From positions 1,364,001 to 1,428,000 of the forward strand of contig JAYWIR010000023.1 in the NCBI GenBank assembly GCA_036172245.1: a stretch of DNA of 64,000 nt. The letters are read 5' to 3'. The stretch is from Raillietiella orientalis (lineage: Eukaryota). Positions 26,300 through 38,201 of this stretch are shown piece by piece (the first letter of the stretch is position 1; each line of letters starts with the position of its first letter). The translations under genes were made by a program, and so were the position numbers. The notes under the pieces are model-generated. The model saw only the letters and a program-made list of their open reading frames with translations. It was not told where the DNA came from and did not search any database.

Positions 26300-27050
26300 T
26301 ATCTCCGGTGACCACAGACAGCTCGTTCCTCCTCCTCTAGTGCGCTGCGGTTGGTGCTGCCGATGTTTCATCGGGGACTCCTGTGCAACTGGCGCCGCTG
26401 CCGCTGGACGAAGGGACTCGTCGCGCCAAATTGTGCCAGGTGCGAGGAGAAGGCGGTCGCCCTGTTAGTGGAATGTGCTGCCCCCGGGCATTCTGGGTAG
26501 CGGGTCGCCAGGGGGAAGGGGAGACCAAGTCCCGGAGAGGGCGGAACAGAGGCACCTCAGATCACCCAGAGTAGGTCAGAAAGCTGGCTGGACTTTCGGG
26601 GCAAATTCTCAAGCCCGGTGGGAGGAGAATCTCGAGCGAGGGGCGTGTCCGCAGCATCCGTTCCTCTTTCGTCCAGGCGCCACGAACGCCCTTCCCCTCG
26701 CCTTCCCAAGCTGCACCTGCATCGGCGGGTAGGGATCGCTTCTCTCCCTCATCCCCTGGAATTCCTGGTGGCTCTTGTCACAGCGGAGGGCTTCCGACCA
26801 TTCTCCCTATATTGCTCGTCCTGGACACCCGGTTTCTGGAGGTCAAGCGTCTGCCTCTCCCGGAGACTTCCACTGTTGCTTCGATGCATCACCTGCCTGC
26901 CTCGAGGCCGATTAAGACCTGACATTGGCAAGTTGGGGAGAGCAGGTCCGGAGACCAAAGTCCGGCCGTGGTCGCCTCACATGGCATCCGAAAACGCCCA
27001 TTTCAGCTCCTGCCTACCCATTTCCATGGGACAGCAAGAGCGGTGCACAC
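26300..27050 (-). mobile_element. Probable ORF2 fragment of the same non-LTR family
   Basis: VRGAWTKEERMLRT weakly parallels LGGWMTKELVET. GC-rich and frameshifted. Confidence 0.35.
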
Positions 27051-27149
27051 GCGGAAGGATGCGAAAAGGGATGTTTGACGATGGTATTTCCAGTATTGAA
27101 CTCTAAAGGAGAGCTCCTACCAAGTGCAACAGCGTCGAAACAGGAAAGC

Positions 27150-27770
27150 CTGTTCTCGTTGTTGTTGCTGTACCCTTTCTTCTAGCTCTTCTTGCTGCTG
27201 TCCTTCGCTTCTCGGTGTTTTGGTTAAGATCAAAGTGCTGTCCTTCTTGGTGTAGTTCTTCTTGTTTCACTTCTTCTCCTTAGTATATTTCTTCTTGTTA
27301 TTCTTCTTCCTATTGTTGTCCTTGTTTTTATTGTTTTCGCTTCTGTTCCTCTTGTTTTTCGTGTTCTTGCTCTTGTAATCCTTGCTCTTCTTCACGCTGT
27401 TGCTATCCATCTTTGTGCCGTTGTTGCTGTTCTTGTTTTTCATTCTTGCTTTTCTCGCTGTTCTTCTTGTATTGGTTCATGTTCTTCTTCTTGCTGTCCT
27501 TGTGGCTGTTGCTTTTGTTGTTCTTTCTCTTCTTAATGCTGCTTCTATTGATCTTGCTTCCCTTGTTGCTTTTTTTGTTCTTTGTGATGCTGATGTCCTT
27601 CTGATTGTTGCCATTTTTCTCTTCACGTTCTTGTGATCATTGCAACTTGGAACTCTTCACTCTGGTCTCTTCATGTTGCTATTCCTGTTTCCTTTTCAGT
27701 TCTTGCTCTTGACATTTTTGTGTCCGTTCTTGATGCTCTCGTTGCTTCCTTTTCAGTTTCTATTCTTGTT
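27150..27770. repeat. Degenerate trinucleotide low-complexity tract (TTC/TTG/CTG)n, strongly T-rich on +
   Basis: Directly visible. The hydrophobic ORFs 27382-27866 are by-products of this composition. Confidence 0.85.
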
Positions 27771-28669
27771 AGCCGCACCGCCGTCAGGAGACAAAAAGGC
27801 TTGCTCCTCCAGAAAATGGTGCTCGATTTGGGGCGAGTAGGCTGTCCAGCTTCATCATCACCGTGACTCCCACTTTTTGATCCTGCTCTACCTTGAGCGT
27901 GCACTTACCACTCTTCATCCGCTTCCAAGGAGATTTCTCTGGGCATCCTTAGAGTCCCGCCTGGCTTTCGGGGAAGAGGTCAAGGACCAAGGTCACGGAT
28001 CACGATATGCCACGAGCGGCATGCTTACGGGCGGGAGTTCGAAAAGAATCCTCTGTCCTGAGGGACACGTTTCTTGAACCTTCTCCTCTTGCTCTAAATC
28101 TTGCTGGTATTGCTGGTCCTCTCCATTTAGGGAGGTCTGGAAGCTGACGTGTCCCTTCCTCCCCCTCCATACTATCTCCTGCTCACTGGGCAGAAGCTCT
28201 CAGTCTCCCCAAGGCAATGGGTTGACCACCAAGGAGCTAGGTCCTCGGAGAAGAATCTGCGAGGACAAATCGGGTTCCAGTCTGCGCGGATGTTCATCCT
28301 GGTTTAGACGGAACGAAACCATACCCAACGAAACCGTTCCAGGTGCTCACGCTATCAGAAAGAAAGGGCAGGGGGCACTCTCCTTGTTGATGCTGCCAGG
28401 CCTCTTCGGGAACCAACACTGGACACGGGAAGAACACGTGCTTCTCGCATCGCCCTTGGCGGTCCGTTGTCACGATGGACTTTCGGTCCGAGAGCTCGAC
28501 CGTTCCGCCCCCGGGAACCGCCTTCTTCCCGAGTCAGCGTCAGGAGAAGCACAACTTCAAGAGTACAATCCTCAGCATCGCACACCGGACCCAGAGTCCA
28601 GTTCCCTTCCCACATCAGTCGATCTCTTTTCCTTATACTAACACTTTCCTTATACTTATTTCCTATACG

Positions 28670-30010
28670 CTTTATACTAAGGCGCTGCACGGGTAGCGAG
28701 GGACTGCTTTCGTTGCTGCCCCACTTTCGGCACACCAGAAAAGGGTTTGGCTTCCCGCTGAGGCAGCTGTCCTCGCTGCTGGCAGCCCAAAGTTGGATTT
28801 ACTGCCGTCCCATGAACATTAATGCATGGCGGCAGGAATCTTTTTCATCGTGGGCCGCTTCCGAAGGAACGCGCTCGGAAGATCTTCGACGCCTGCGACT
28901 TCTCCACAGTCATTCCTTGGACGAAGTCATGCAGGACAAGAAGTCGGATCATCTGGCCGCCACACCACTCGCCACAGCGCAGTCTGCCCTCAGGGAAAGC
29001 AACGACAGTTGCCTACCGGTGAAATGGGAGTTCTGCACAATAGCGGGAGTGAGTAAGCTCCTCGGCGGCTGGATGACAAAGGAGCTGGTGGAAACCGCCA
29101 CTCCTCGGAATCGGGAGAAGGGCCTGCTTCGGTGGAGTGAACATTTAAGTGTACCCCCCCGAAGAGATAGTGGTTCCTCCCGTTTGTTTGGATACCTCCG
29201 TGTTCCCCTTAAAGTGGAAACAAGATGTGCTGCTCTTTTTACACTGGGGATTCCACTGTAATCGGCAGCAAAGCATCGTTTCCGGGGGAGCTGCTTCGCC
29301 AAACTGTTTGAGGTGCAGAGAGATCGACTCTTTTCCGCACCTTCTGCTGGACTGCGGTTACCTCCGTGAACTATGGCGAAGGATGATTTCAGCCATCATG
29401 CCGCAGGGAGGCACTGCCATTGAGGTGCTGCGGCGCTTCTTCAGCAGGAATGGACTTTCGGTAGGCGTGATTGTCGCAACCATCTGTTGCATTCGCGCCA
29501 TCGTGAAGGCCCGCTACTCCCTGGAGTTGTCAGCGCAGCGAAGGGAGGCTCACCTGTTTGCAGCTGAATTTATGGAGAAGGCTGCAAAGTGGCCTCACCT
29601 TTGTGACGAGGTGAAAGAGGACATAGCCGGCATCCATCGCCAGTTTACAGACTTTTGAGAACGGCGTAATCCGGTGACCACTGCGACCTGTAACCCACCC
29701 ATACCCCATCCCCGTTCGCTCTGCTGAAATCCCGGTGCCATTAATTTTATCCTGGTGCCTACCAGAGCGATCCCAAAGACCCTTGTCCCGGCGTCCCCCA
29801 TTAATTGTTTTTCTTTTGTTTTTGTTTGTTTGTGTTCCCCGTCCCCACACACCGTTCCCAAGACTGTTATTCTGGCCTGCGTGCCAGCAATCTTCTCTTG
29901 ATCCTTGTTCAGTCGTCAGTTGGGAGCCTGGTCCCCAACTGGTTTATTTTATATAATTGTTCTTTGTTTATATTATATGAAATGAACGCCCCGGAGTGAG
30001 CGGGTGAGAA
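28670..30010 (+). mobile_element. L1/Tx1-like ORF2 3' part, best-preserved copy, with 3' UTR and terminal hairpin
   Basis: Long ORFs 28467-29261 and 29149-29658 are joined by one frameshift. SPNCLRCREIDSFPHLLLDCGYLRELW is zf-RVT-like. Ends AATGAACGCCCCGGAGTGAGCGGGTGAGAA at 29981-30010. Confidence 0.85.
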
Positions 30011-30099
30011 CTCTCTTTTCCTAGAATTTCCTAGGGAATCTGTCCCGGTGACCGGAGTCGCGGTGAGTGCACTAAGGAGCGTGGTCGCAGACCGCTGGG

Positions 30100-31000
30100 C
30101 AGTCGATCAAGTAGGGAGCTTCTTTCCCGTTCCTGGCTGTGCAGTGCGGGATCCCGAAAAGATGAGATTCTTCTGCGAGTTGGCAGCTTGTTGAAGATGG
30201 CCTTCTTGGAGACGGCTCAGGTGAACTTTGGAGAGAAGATAAGAATGCGACATCAGCAAGGCGTCTTCAACGTCGGAGAGTGGCATCAGAGAGGAAGCAT
30301 CCCACTGAGACTTTTCCATTGGTTCACCGAAAAAAATCTTCCTGTGCTGCAATAGTTCTTGAGGATCTTCGAAGCCGCAGATGCCCATCTCCAAAAGAGT
30401 CATTTGAGAGAGATCCATCTCCTCATTCGCAGTTGCGAGTATCGACCTTCTTGCGGCATCAGGACATCGGGTAGATCCACAAACTGATGCGTTTGAGGAG
30501 AAGAGACAGAAAGTGTCTAGAGGAACGGACATCAGATGGGGTGCACCATCTTATGAACTTTCCTCCAGAATTCGGAAGTCAGCACCGTTTTTTCGGCATA
30601 TTGATCATGTGGAAATTATGAAGGTATTTCCATTATCTCTTTTATTAGTGGAAGAACCCTGCTACTATCAGGAAATAGACGGCTCCCCTCTCTACAAAGC
30701 GCTGTCTCTTGCATCTTTAATGCAAAAGAGCATGGACGACGGGAGCATACCCGTTCCTTCCTCCAGCTGCCATTTATTATTTCAGGAATCATTGATAATG
30801 GTCAGAGAGTCACTTAGAGCTCTAATTCACTGCCTGATGCCTAGGGTCTTACAACTACGAGATCCTCTGATCTCCTCGGATAGCAGGAAGACATGGCGGT
30901 TTGGTGTCATCTCTTGCATAACTTGCTCAGGCTGATTCATATAGTAGGAAGGCGAAACACCCGCCCACAACATGGGCAATTCCAAATTGCAGTCTGACTC
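30100..31000 (+). mobile_element. Degenerate ORF1 remnant (knuckle region and PHD-like C-terminus)
   Basis: FFPFLAVQCGIPKR parallels RFPVAHLAGIIVR of the 7.9 kb ORF1. CCNSS..DLRSRRCP is a decayed knuckle. VISCITCSG*FI**EG..TWAIPNC at ~30906-30990 is PHD-like. Confidence 0.45.
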
Positions 31001-31124
31001 GACTCTGCTCCAGTGGTTGGTAGCACCAACTGACGACGACCATATTCGCTGCATTCGTTTCAGGCAGTCACCGATTCCGATTTGAAGATGCACATCGCAG
31101 CTGAGGTCTTTCATTGATGGATGA

Positions 31125-31960
31125 TTATCACCCGGTTATGCCGGGGCACTCATTACTTAAAGTAATAAAATACATTTTTGAAGTAGGACCGTTGGCTCTA
31201 CCACGCGCAATAAACCTGCCGAAGAGCGGAACACAGACTGGCGAGGTTCGCTTCGGCAGCATTGGGGGAGGGAAAACAAAACACACAAAAAATAAGCAAA
31301 CAAAACGGGGGAGGGGAATTTATACACGGGGAGAAGGGGAGGGATCGAGGAAAGGATCACGGTACGCTGCCCGGCGCCCTCTGCATCCTGCTCAGGATGA
31401 CGGCAAGTGCCGTCCGGATAATGCCCAGGTGGAGCCATCTCGAAGCGGTCCTCGGGAAGATCTGAGTCCAGTTGATGGCGTCCCTCCCATTCTAGCCTCT
31501 TCTTCCCGCGTTCCGGACTGCCGCCGTGGTCCTACGGGGAGAGCGGAGAACTGCGATGGACGCGGATGGTGGCAGAGCGTCATTCGCGAAGAAGCGTTTA
31601 AAAATGTCCCTGGGCCGCCCGCCGGGGTTCCTAGGATCGTCGCGATGCGATCCCCAAAAGGTCAGAGGGTCTCACGGTCCAACAACAGGTGCGAGAGGAT
31701 CTTCCCGCACCTGTAGCACTCTGAGAGTTCACGCTCCCCCGAGTCCATTGGTGAAGGCGCTCTTTGCATGGGATTCCCCAATGCAGCACCAGTAGCACCG
31801 ACTCGCCATTTGAGAGGAGGTCGCCAGGGTGATGGAAATGCTTCGCTGCCTTCCTTCCAGATTTTTTTTTTTTGGTTCGCTAAGGACTGTGGAGCCATTT
31901 TCCTAGATGCTCACGAAGCCTCTTCACACTATCCGCCCGCGCCACTCGGGGATGCGTGCT
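31125..31960 (-). mobile_element. L1/Tx1-like ORF2 C-terminus plus UTR and terminal hairpin
   Basis: PPLKWRVGATGAALG..SECYRCGKILSHLLLDRETL. Ends AATGAGTGCCCCGGCATAACCGGGTGATAA (31125-31154 on minus). Confidence 0.75.
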
Positions 31961-31984
31961 AACTCTTTAAGTCAGAGGGTATCC

Positions 31985-32530
31985 CGTGAGGAGACCACTC
32001 TATGAATCCAGGAAGTCTCTAGAGGAAGAAATCCGTTCCTCTTACGTTTGGGAGGGAGCCTTGATGAAGAACTCTTCCTTATTCTCTCAGAAGAGACGCC
32101 CCAGAAGAAGCTTCTCCACTGTTTCTTCTCCGAAGGGAACCCGCAAGGGAACCTCTCCTTCTTTGTTTCCTCCTCTGAAGAGGACCTCTAAGGAATGCTT
32201 CCCAATTTCTCAGAAGGGCGCCCCCTGAAGAAAGCAGCGCTCTTCTCACACTTTGGAGAGGTATCAATCCACCAGCTCCATGGTACGAAATAGAAGGGCC
32301 CCGGGCGGTCAGCTTCCAATCAGGACCAATCAGCGGGGCCATTTGGATGCTCCCGGCTTCCATCAGTGGCTCACCTGAAGCCTACTGGCCAACCAGAATC
32401 ATCCTGAGAGGAGGCTCGAAACCCACGATGCACCCACTTCTCGGCGTCGATCCTTCCCCGGGTGGGATTCGAACCCGCAACTCTTGATGTCACCACGCGT
32501 GGGGACCGCAGCAGCCATGCGGCTGCCAAC
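31985..32530 (-). mobile_element. tRNA-derived SINE inserted between two ORF2 pieces
   Basis: GTTGGCAGCCGCATGGCTGCTGCGGTCCCC..GTTGCGGGTTCGAATCCCACC, second box GGTTTCGAGCC, core GATTGGAAGCTGACC and internal GGTTCCC units. Confidence 0.85.
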
Positions 32531-32559
32531 GCGGGCCATGTGGCTGCTGCAGTCCGTTT

Positions 32560-33240
32560 TGCACGAACCCTCCGATTCAAATTAAAGCAGGACATTCAGA
32601 CTCGGCCAGGCTGTCGTACCTGGAAACCACCGTCCCCAACCCAAACGCTTAATTCCTAGAAGAAGCTATTGTCACGTCGCTTCAGATCTAATGAGATGCA
32701 CTTTAATTAGAAAGAGCAGCGAGGAACAGGGCGCATCGAAGCAAAAGTATCCTGGAACCTGCGCGCAGTTGCTTCTTTATAGCCATTCGCTCCGAGCTGC
32801 TCCTCCATAAAACAAAGTCGCCACCTCTATCCGCCTCCAGAAATAGCAGGCGTCACCATTACGTAGAATTTTATGGAAACTTGCGCAAGGTAGGAGCAAG
32901 CTAATCGAAACCTGAGGAGGCTTGTCGAGTGCTCAAACCAGTCCGTTTTCCGTCCTGCCAGGAGGGCTCCAGCAGAGGAAGAAAAAGTTCGTCAATCCGC
33001 TCGTTCCCTGGGAGACGGGAACTTTCCAGAACTCCGTGCAGTGGGTGCTGGAAGCATTTTTTTTTCCAGACTTGCTCTGGAGGAAGGCGCTTGGGAGCAC
33101 TCCGATGCGACCGTCGGTCCCAAAGAGCGCTTTCCCAGGGATCCGGTGGGACTGTGCCAGGATCCGGAAGCCTCTTTCGTCGCTAAGGCACGCTGGGGAG
33201 CTCACTGAGCACGCGTGTTCCATAAGAGGATTGTTCGCCG
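32560..33240 (-). mobile_element. Reverse transcriptase N-terminal region (domains 0-2), degenerate
   Basis: In order: IPGKALFGTDG (KxPGxDG-like), SISLLLPCASFHKIL (RPISLLNxDYKIL-like) and QVPGY (QxxxVPGR-like). Confidence 0.55.
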
Positions 33241-34849
33241 TCAGCTAAGAGCATTACACCATTTCACGTGGATCTCTGCTGTCATCACATGCTTCCAGCC
33301 CATTACTTTAGTTTTTTCACATTAAATACTGTGGGTATGTGAATTTAAAACTTTTACAAAATGTATTTCATCACCTTCTTGTTAGCTCTTACCAAATGGC
33401 AGAACGTCTTGTATTTATTGATATTCCGTACATTTACAGCATCCTCAAATGGAAGCACATCTGAATTTTTCTTCCCAAGTTATAATCATGAATATTATAT
33501 AAAATACCAAGAGCAGTATAAATATATCTGATTAAATAAAAATCATTTGATTCAATGTATCTATACAGTGCTGCTTACATTGACAGATACTTCCCATTAA
33601 ATCTGTACCTTTATATGCACACACCAAATACTACAAAATTAAAAGGTTAAAAGTTATTTCCTCTTTACTAATACTTAATGGAATCCACTGACACTTTGAC
33701 CTTCGTGATCTCTTCGGCTCGAGGATGCACCAGTCGGTTCGGAATTCCCGGAGTGCACGCACTGGGACCGAAATCTCCTGTCTTTGCTTGGTGGGAAGCG
33801 CACCGTGTTTGGGGGGGCGCTTCTGCGAGGGTCGGACGCCCGCGCGCCGTGTCGGCAAGGTCCCGTCTTTCTTGACCAACGTGATCGGGGTCGCCCTCGA
33901 CGAGGCTTCGCAGCAAGCGCCGTGACCGGGAAATTCCCGGATGTGGAGCGTTTCAAAAGCAAGGCCGTCCGAACCCCGAGGTCGGATCGTTAATTTCGGC
34001 CGAGAAAGTTTTAATGGTGCTGCTTAAAGCTGCAGCGGAAGGAATTTTTTTTTTTTTCCTAAGGACAAGATACACAAAATCGATTTGGAGCACTAAAGAA
34101 GAGAAAACGATGCAGCGGGAAAACGCTACTGTGTAAGCAAGCACTCAAAACTGCATCAGTAGCGGGACACTGCAGTTGCAGCGAAGTGAAGATTGTGCTA
34201 CTGGGAAGCAAAAAAGAGATGCATCGGAATTTTCCTCAAGAGAAACAATTCTTAATTCGATTCCTCAGTCTGCCTGGCGGTGGGGTGATTTTATTCAGTA
34301 CCCTTATCGAAGCAGCAATCAACCAATCACAAATAACAAACACCGAGTACTGTTTTTTAATTTTTTTTTTTTGTTTCCCTCTGCTGAAGTATTTACGGTG
34401 GAAGGAGTCGTTTTCCGCTTGCTCTGGAACAGATAGGGGATAGTGGTGGAACAGAAACTATCTAAATTCTTTCATCGTGTATTCTGGAACACTTGGTTGT
34501 CCGCTTCCTGGATTTTGCGCTGGATGCAGCGGATGGTGCTTCCTGGATTTCGCTCTTCAAAAGTCTCATCAACAGGTCCCCTGAGGAAACCTGTATAATC
34601 CTGCAAAGTTCTGTCATTCGTCTAATGATGCTTCGCAGGAAGAAGACCTCGTGGGGTTGTATACGGGGATGCCTTGTTCACAGAAGAGACCCTGAAGGAT
34701 CACGGTTCAGGGGTGCGTTGGTAGTGGTTAACCCCTTTCCAGTCTTGGGATAGGATGCAGGTGCTAAAATTCTGCAGGTGCTAAATGTGCGTGGTGTCTT
34801 CGGCGGTCCAGAATGCACTCATCAGTCACGAGGATTCCTGGTCCAATGT

Positions 34850-36320
34850 CGGAGCCTAGCGCCGCACGGCATCCCTCCGTGATAAAACATCAGGAGGCGG
34901 TTTTGGATCTCTGGCGGCACCTCGGAGCTCCACAGGTTCAAACAAGGAATACAATTCGATCAAACTGCGACCACTTGTTATTCTCTCGGTATTATTAAAT
35001 GGAGTTTTTGAAGAGCTTGCGCAGCATGCGTATTTGTGCTCCTGGAATTTGCTGACATCCAACCCTAATTTGCTTGCAGCAAAAGTACTCGTTCCGTACC
35101 AAAAATCCGCCCGTGATGAGCTCATTTTCGTCGTTAAGCAACGATGTCACACTGGATGCACCCTTTACTGAGCATACATACATCAAGTGTTGTTACTACG
35201 TGCATAGAAAAGCTGTGGTTACTCTTTGGAGTTTGGTCTTGGAGAGATACAAGAGATATGAAGATCTCTGCGTTACGTGAGTGTCACAAGGGGTTGCCAC
35301 AGATACGCAACGTATGAGGCCTGCTCCGGTTTATTCCACTGCGGCAAAGGTAGAAAGTCCACTGTGTGACAAAATATACTTATTTCAGGATCATCGAGCA
35401 GGTTGCTGGTTAATCAATGGTCATGGGATGTGAAAAATCCTCAGGAAGGCTTCCACTTCTGCTTTTTCTGGAGTCTTGACAATCTATGGCAACGTCCTTA
35501 TTCGAGGATTCCTGCATGATTTCCGCAAATCCACGTGAGGACAAGTTCTAAATCACCTCGTAGATTTGACAAAGGGTTTCGTAAAGAGAGGAGAATTGTT
35601 CCACAGTATCAGCAGATGATGCAATAGTTTTCTGAAAGTCGTCAAACACTAGCTTTCTTTAATAAGCAGTCCTGCCGGCACATGAGGTACTTTAAGGCAT
35701 AGCTTTTGAAAGAGAGAGAGAGAGAGAGGAAAGAAGAAGAAGAAGAAAAAAAACGATTAATGAATGGTTGCTGCAGGTAGTTTCGCCCAAGACTTTGAGT
35801 TGCTCTTTGTATTTCATGCAACCAGCCAGTGGGAAGTCATTGCGGAGTGAAAATGCCTTCGAGCTGTGAATCTCCCCAGAGATGGTTCAGGTAGGTTTGG
35901 AAATGCTGTTTTATTTAAATGCTCCCAACATTTCGTCCGTTAACTGCAGCCATTGCGATCTCGTGAAGCCTACAATAGTATGAGGCCATAGACCTCGTGA
36001 AACATACCGTAGTGCATTTCTGGTCCTGAAGAGACTGAGATATTCAGCGGACGAGCACAGGTTCCGATGATGCTCTATTGGATTTTGCGAGAGAAGTCGA
36101 ATTTCCATCCCCTTACGAGTTGCCTCCTTGCACGATGGCCCGAACCTTTTCCTAAAGTTCTCCGCAAACTTCGGTTTACTTTCGCATCTTCCCAGTTCTT
36201 CAATAATTCCAAGATCAACTTTACCAGGTTTTTTCTGCATTCTGAAAAACTCAAGACTTTTCATTTTCCTATAATTTTCTCGTATTCCTGAGCAAGCGAC
36301 TTGAGCGAGAAGATTTTCCA
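34850..36320 (-). mobile_element. hAT/Ac-superfamily transposase relic
   Basis: Collinear decayed motifs across frames: GLWPHTIV, FTARRHFHSAMTSHWL (WT/S..SFxGMTxHWI), KTIASSADTVEQF (TTTDNGSNF), QWNK, TPCDTHVTQRSSY (PxxTRWNSxY), LNDENELITGGFLV (LQGE..G.LLP). No terminal inverted repeats identified. Confidence 0.45.
35711..35752. repeat. (GA)n(GAA)n microsatellite
   Basis: Directly visible. Confidence 0.85.
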
Positions 36321-37435
36321 CTAAAATCTCAACGGCTTCACACCTTGCCTCCCCTATTCACATCCACAATTTCTGCTATTTTGGGGACAATTTCGAATGG
36401 AGCACACAATATTTTCAAAAATAAAACACAAGAGGAAAGCTGGATGGATTGACGTGACTGCTGTTCCGATGATCTGCATCCTGAAAGGAGAATTGTCGAC
36501 GAGATTGAGAAGTCCCCAACATGATGCCAAAATAACGAAGAAAGAGGATTCCCTTTCCGCGATTTCAGACGTTATGTGGCATTAAATTTTATCCAGAAGA
36601 GTTCGAGTGTTTTCCGGTGTCATCTAAATCTGCATCCTAAGCGAGTGAAATCCAAAGATGAAGGCCAGTTCACTTTCAAACTTCTGCAATCAGCATGTAA
36701 AAATAAAAACAAAATCCCTCTTTTGAGGAGCGCCTTTTCTCGTTAGTCTGTGAAGGGTGCTCCACGAGCATGGAGTTTCGTCCTTGAGAAGATCAATTCG
36801 TATGTGGTTGATCAATCATTCGTATGTGGTTCGAATTTGCTTCTTCTCCTCCGCAAAGATGAATTTCCCGCTGCTGAGCGCGAGTTCTGACCACGTGCAT
36901 CTTATGGTTCCTGATTCCGAGAGACGGGACGAACCTGCGAAGATCTGCTGTTCTAAATGTGACGTAGTTGCTTCTTCTTGAACAACCCAGCCACCCGCCC
37001 CCGTCCGAAGCGGAAAGGGAAAAAATCTCAAGCAGTTCGCGGACTTCGAGCGCACAGACACCACTTGGACAACTTCTCACAAGATCGATCATGACGTTTC
37101 CCCAAGAGGGCTCGCATATTTGGACATTGGACCTTTGTAGAGATTGAGGCTTTATGCGAAGAGCCTGAAATGAATATTTACTAGCATCTTCTGGTAAAGA
37201 TCCATTGTCAGGTGATACTCTCATCTCCTCCATCCTCACCCGATGATCCAAAGACCTTTTATTTGATCACAGAAATCGCTAACGAGAGAGTTTCAGAAGC
37301 TCTTCTGCTCCTAGAGTGATCCAACAACAACTAAAGTGCTGCTTCGTTCAGCTTGATTGCAGCAGATTCATCGTTTTGACCATTGTCCATTGCATTATTC
37401 CTCAGATGCTACGATTCCCGAGACACGTTGCTATG

Positions 37436-38201
37436 GAAGGTGAGCTATACCTGTCAAGGACGAAGACAGGGGAGGAAACTCTGGTGGAGGTTCGCAGCGA
37501 TCCCAACGTGCGAATCGGTCGTAAGAGCTGGGTGTAGGGGGCGAAAGACGAATCGAACCATCTGGTAGCTGCTGGTTCCCTTCGAAGTTCCCACAGGATA
37601 GCTGGCGCTTGCTGAAGCGGAAAAAGAAAGGAGTCTTATCCGGTGAAGCGAATGATTAGCAGGCCTTTGGGCCAAAAATGACCTCAACCTGTTCTCAAAC
37701 TTGAGATAAATGAGAAGTCCGGCCTGCTCGGAAGCTGGTGCTCGGACTACCCAGTCCATGTATCGAGCCCAGTGGGTCCATTTCGGTAAGCAGAACTGGC
37801 GCTGTGGGATGAACCAAACGTGGGGTTATGGCATCCAATGCGACGTCCATCAGATCTCATGAAAGGTTCTGGTTGCCATGGACAGCAGGACGGTGACCAT
37901 GGAAGTCAGAATCCGCTAAGGAGTGTCGGCCACGACACACCTGCCGAAGCAACGGCCCTGGAAATGGATGGCGCTCAAGCGTCGAGCACAACCGCTGTCG
38001 TTCCTGCATTCCGGACGCGTTCCCGAGGAGGGTAGGTTCCTCGGATCCCGGCGAGTAGGAGGGTCGCAACTGTGCGCAGAGGGGTTCAGGTACGAGCTCT
38101 CCGCCCTTGGTGCAGATCTTGGTGTTAGTGACAAGCACTCTAGTGTGATCTCGGAAGTCTGATGTGGAGGAGGGCACCATGGAAACAGCTTTTGAGCACG
38201 G
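37436..38201 (+). pseudogene. 28S (LSU) rRNA fragment, diverged pseudogene
   Basis: Conserved LSU blocks in order: GAGGAAACTCTGGTGGAGG, GGGGCGAAAGACGAATCGAACCATCTGGTAGCTG, GGTAAGCAGAACTGGCGCTGTGGGATGAACCAAACG, ACAGCAGGACGGTGACCATGGAAGTC..AATCCGCTAAGGAGTGT, AATGGATGGCGCT, GGTGCAGATCTTGGTG. Many substitutions and indels fall in normally invariant sites, and there is no flanking rDNA. Confidence 0.95.

Noticed and set aside
27382..27866. Hydrophobic membrane-protein-like ORFs
   Set aside because: Products of a T-rich trinucleotide low-complexity tract.
33725..33925. MFS/SLC22 transporter-like exon (RVGKVPSFLTNVIG)
   Set aside because: Similarity is too short and weak, with no supporting neighbouring exons.
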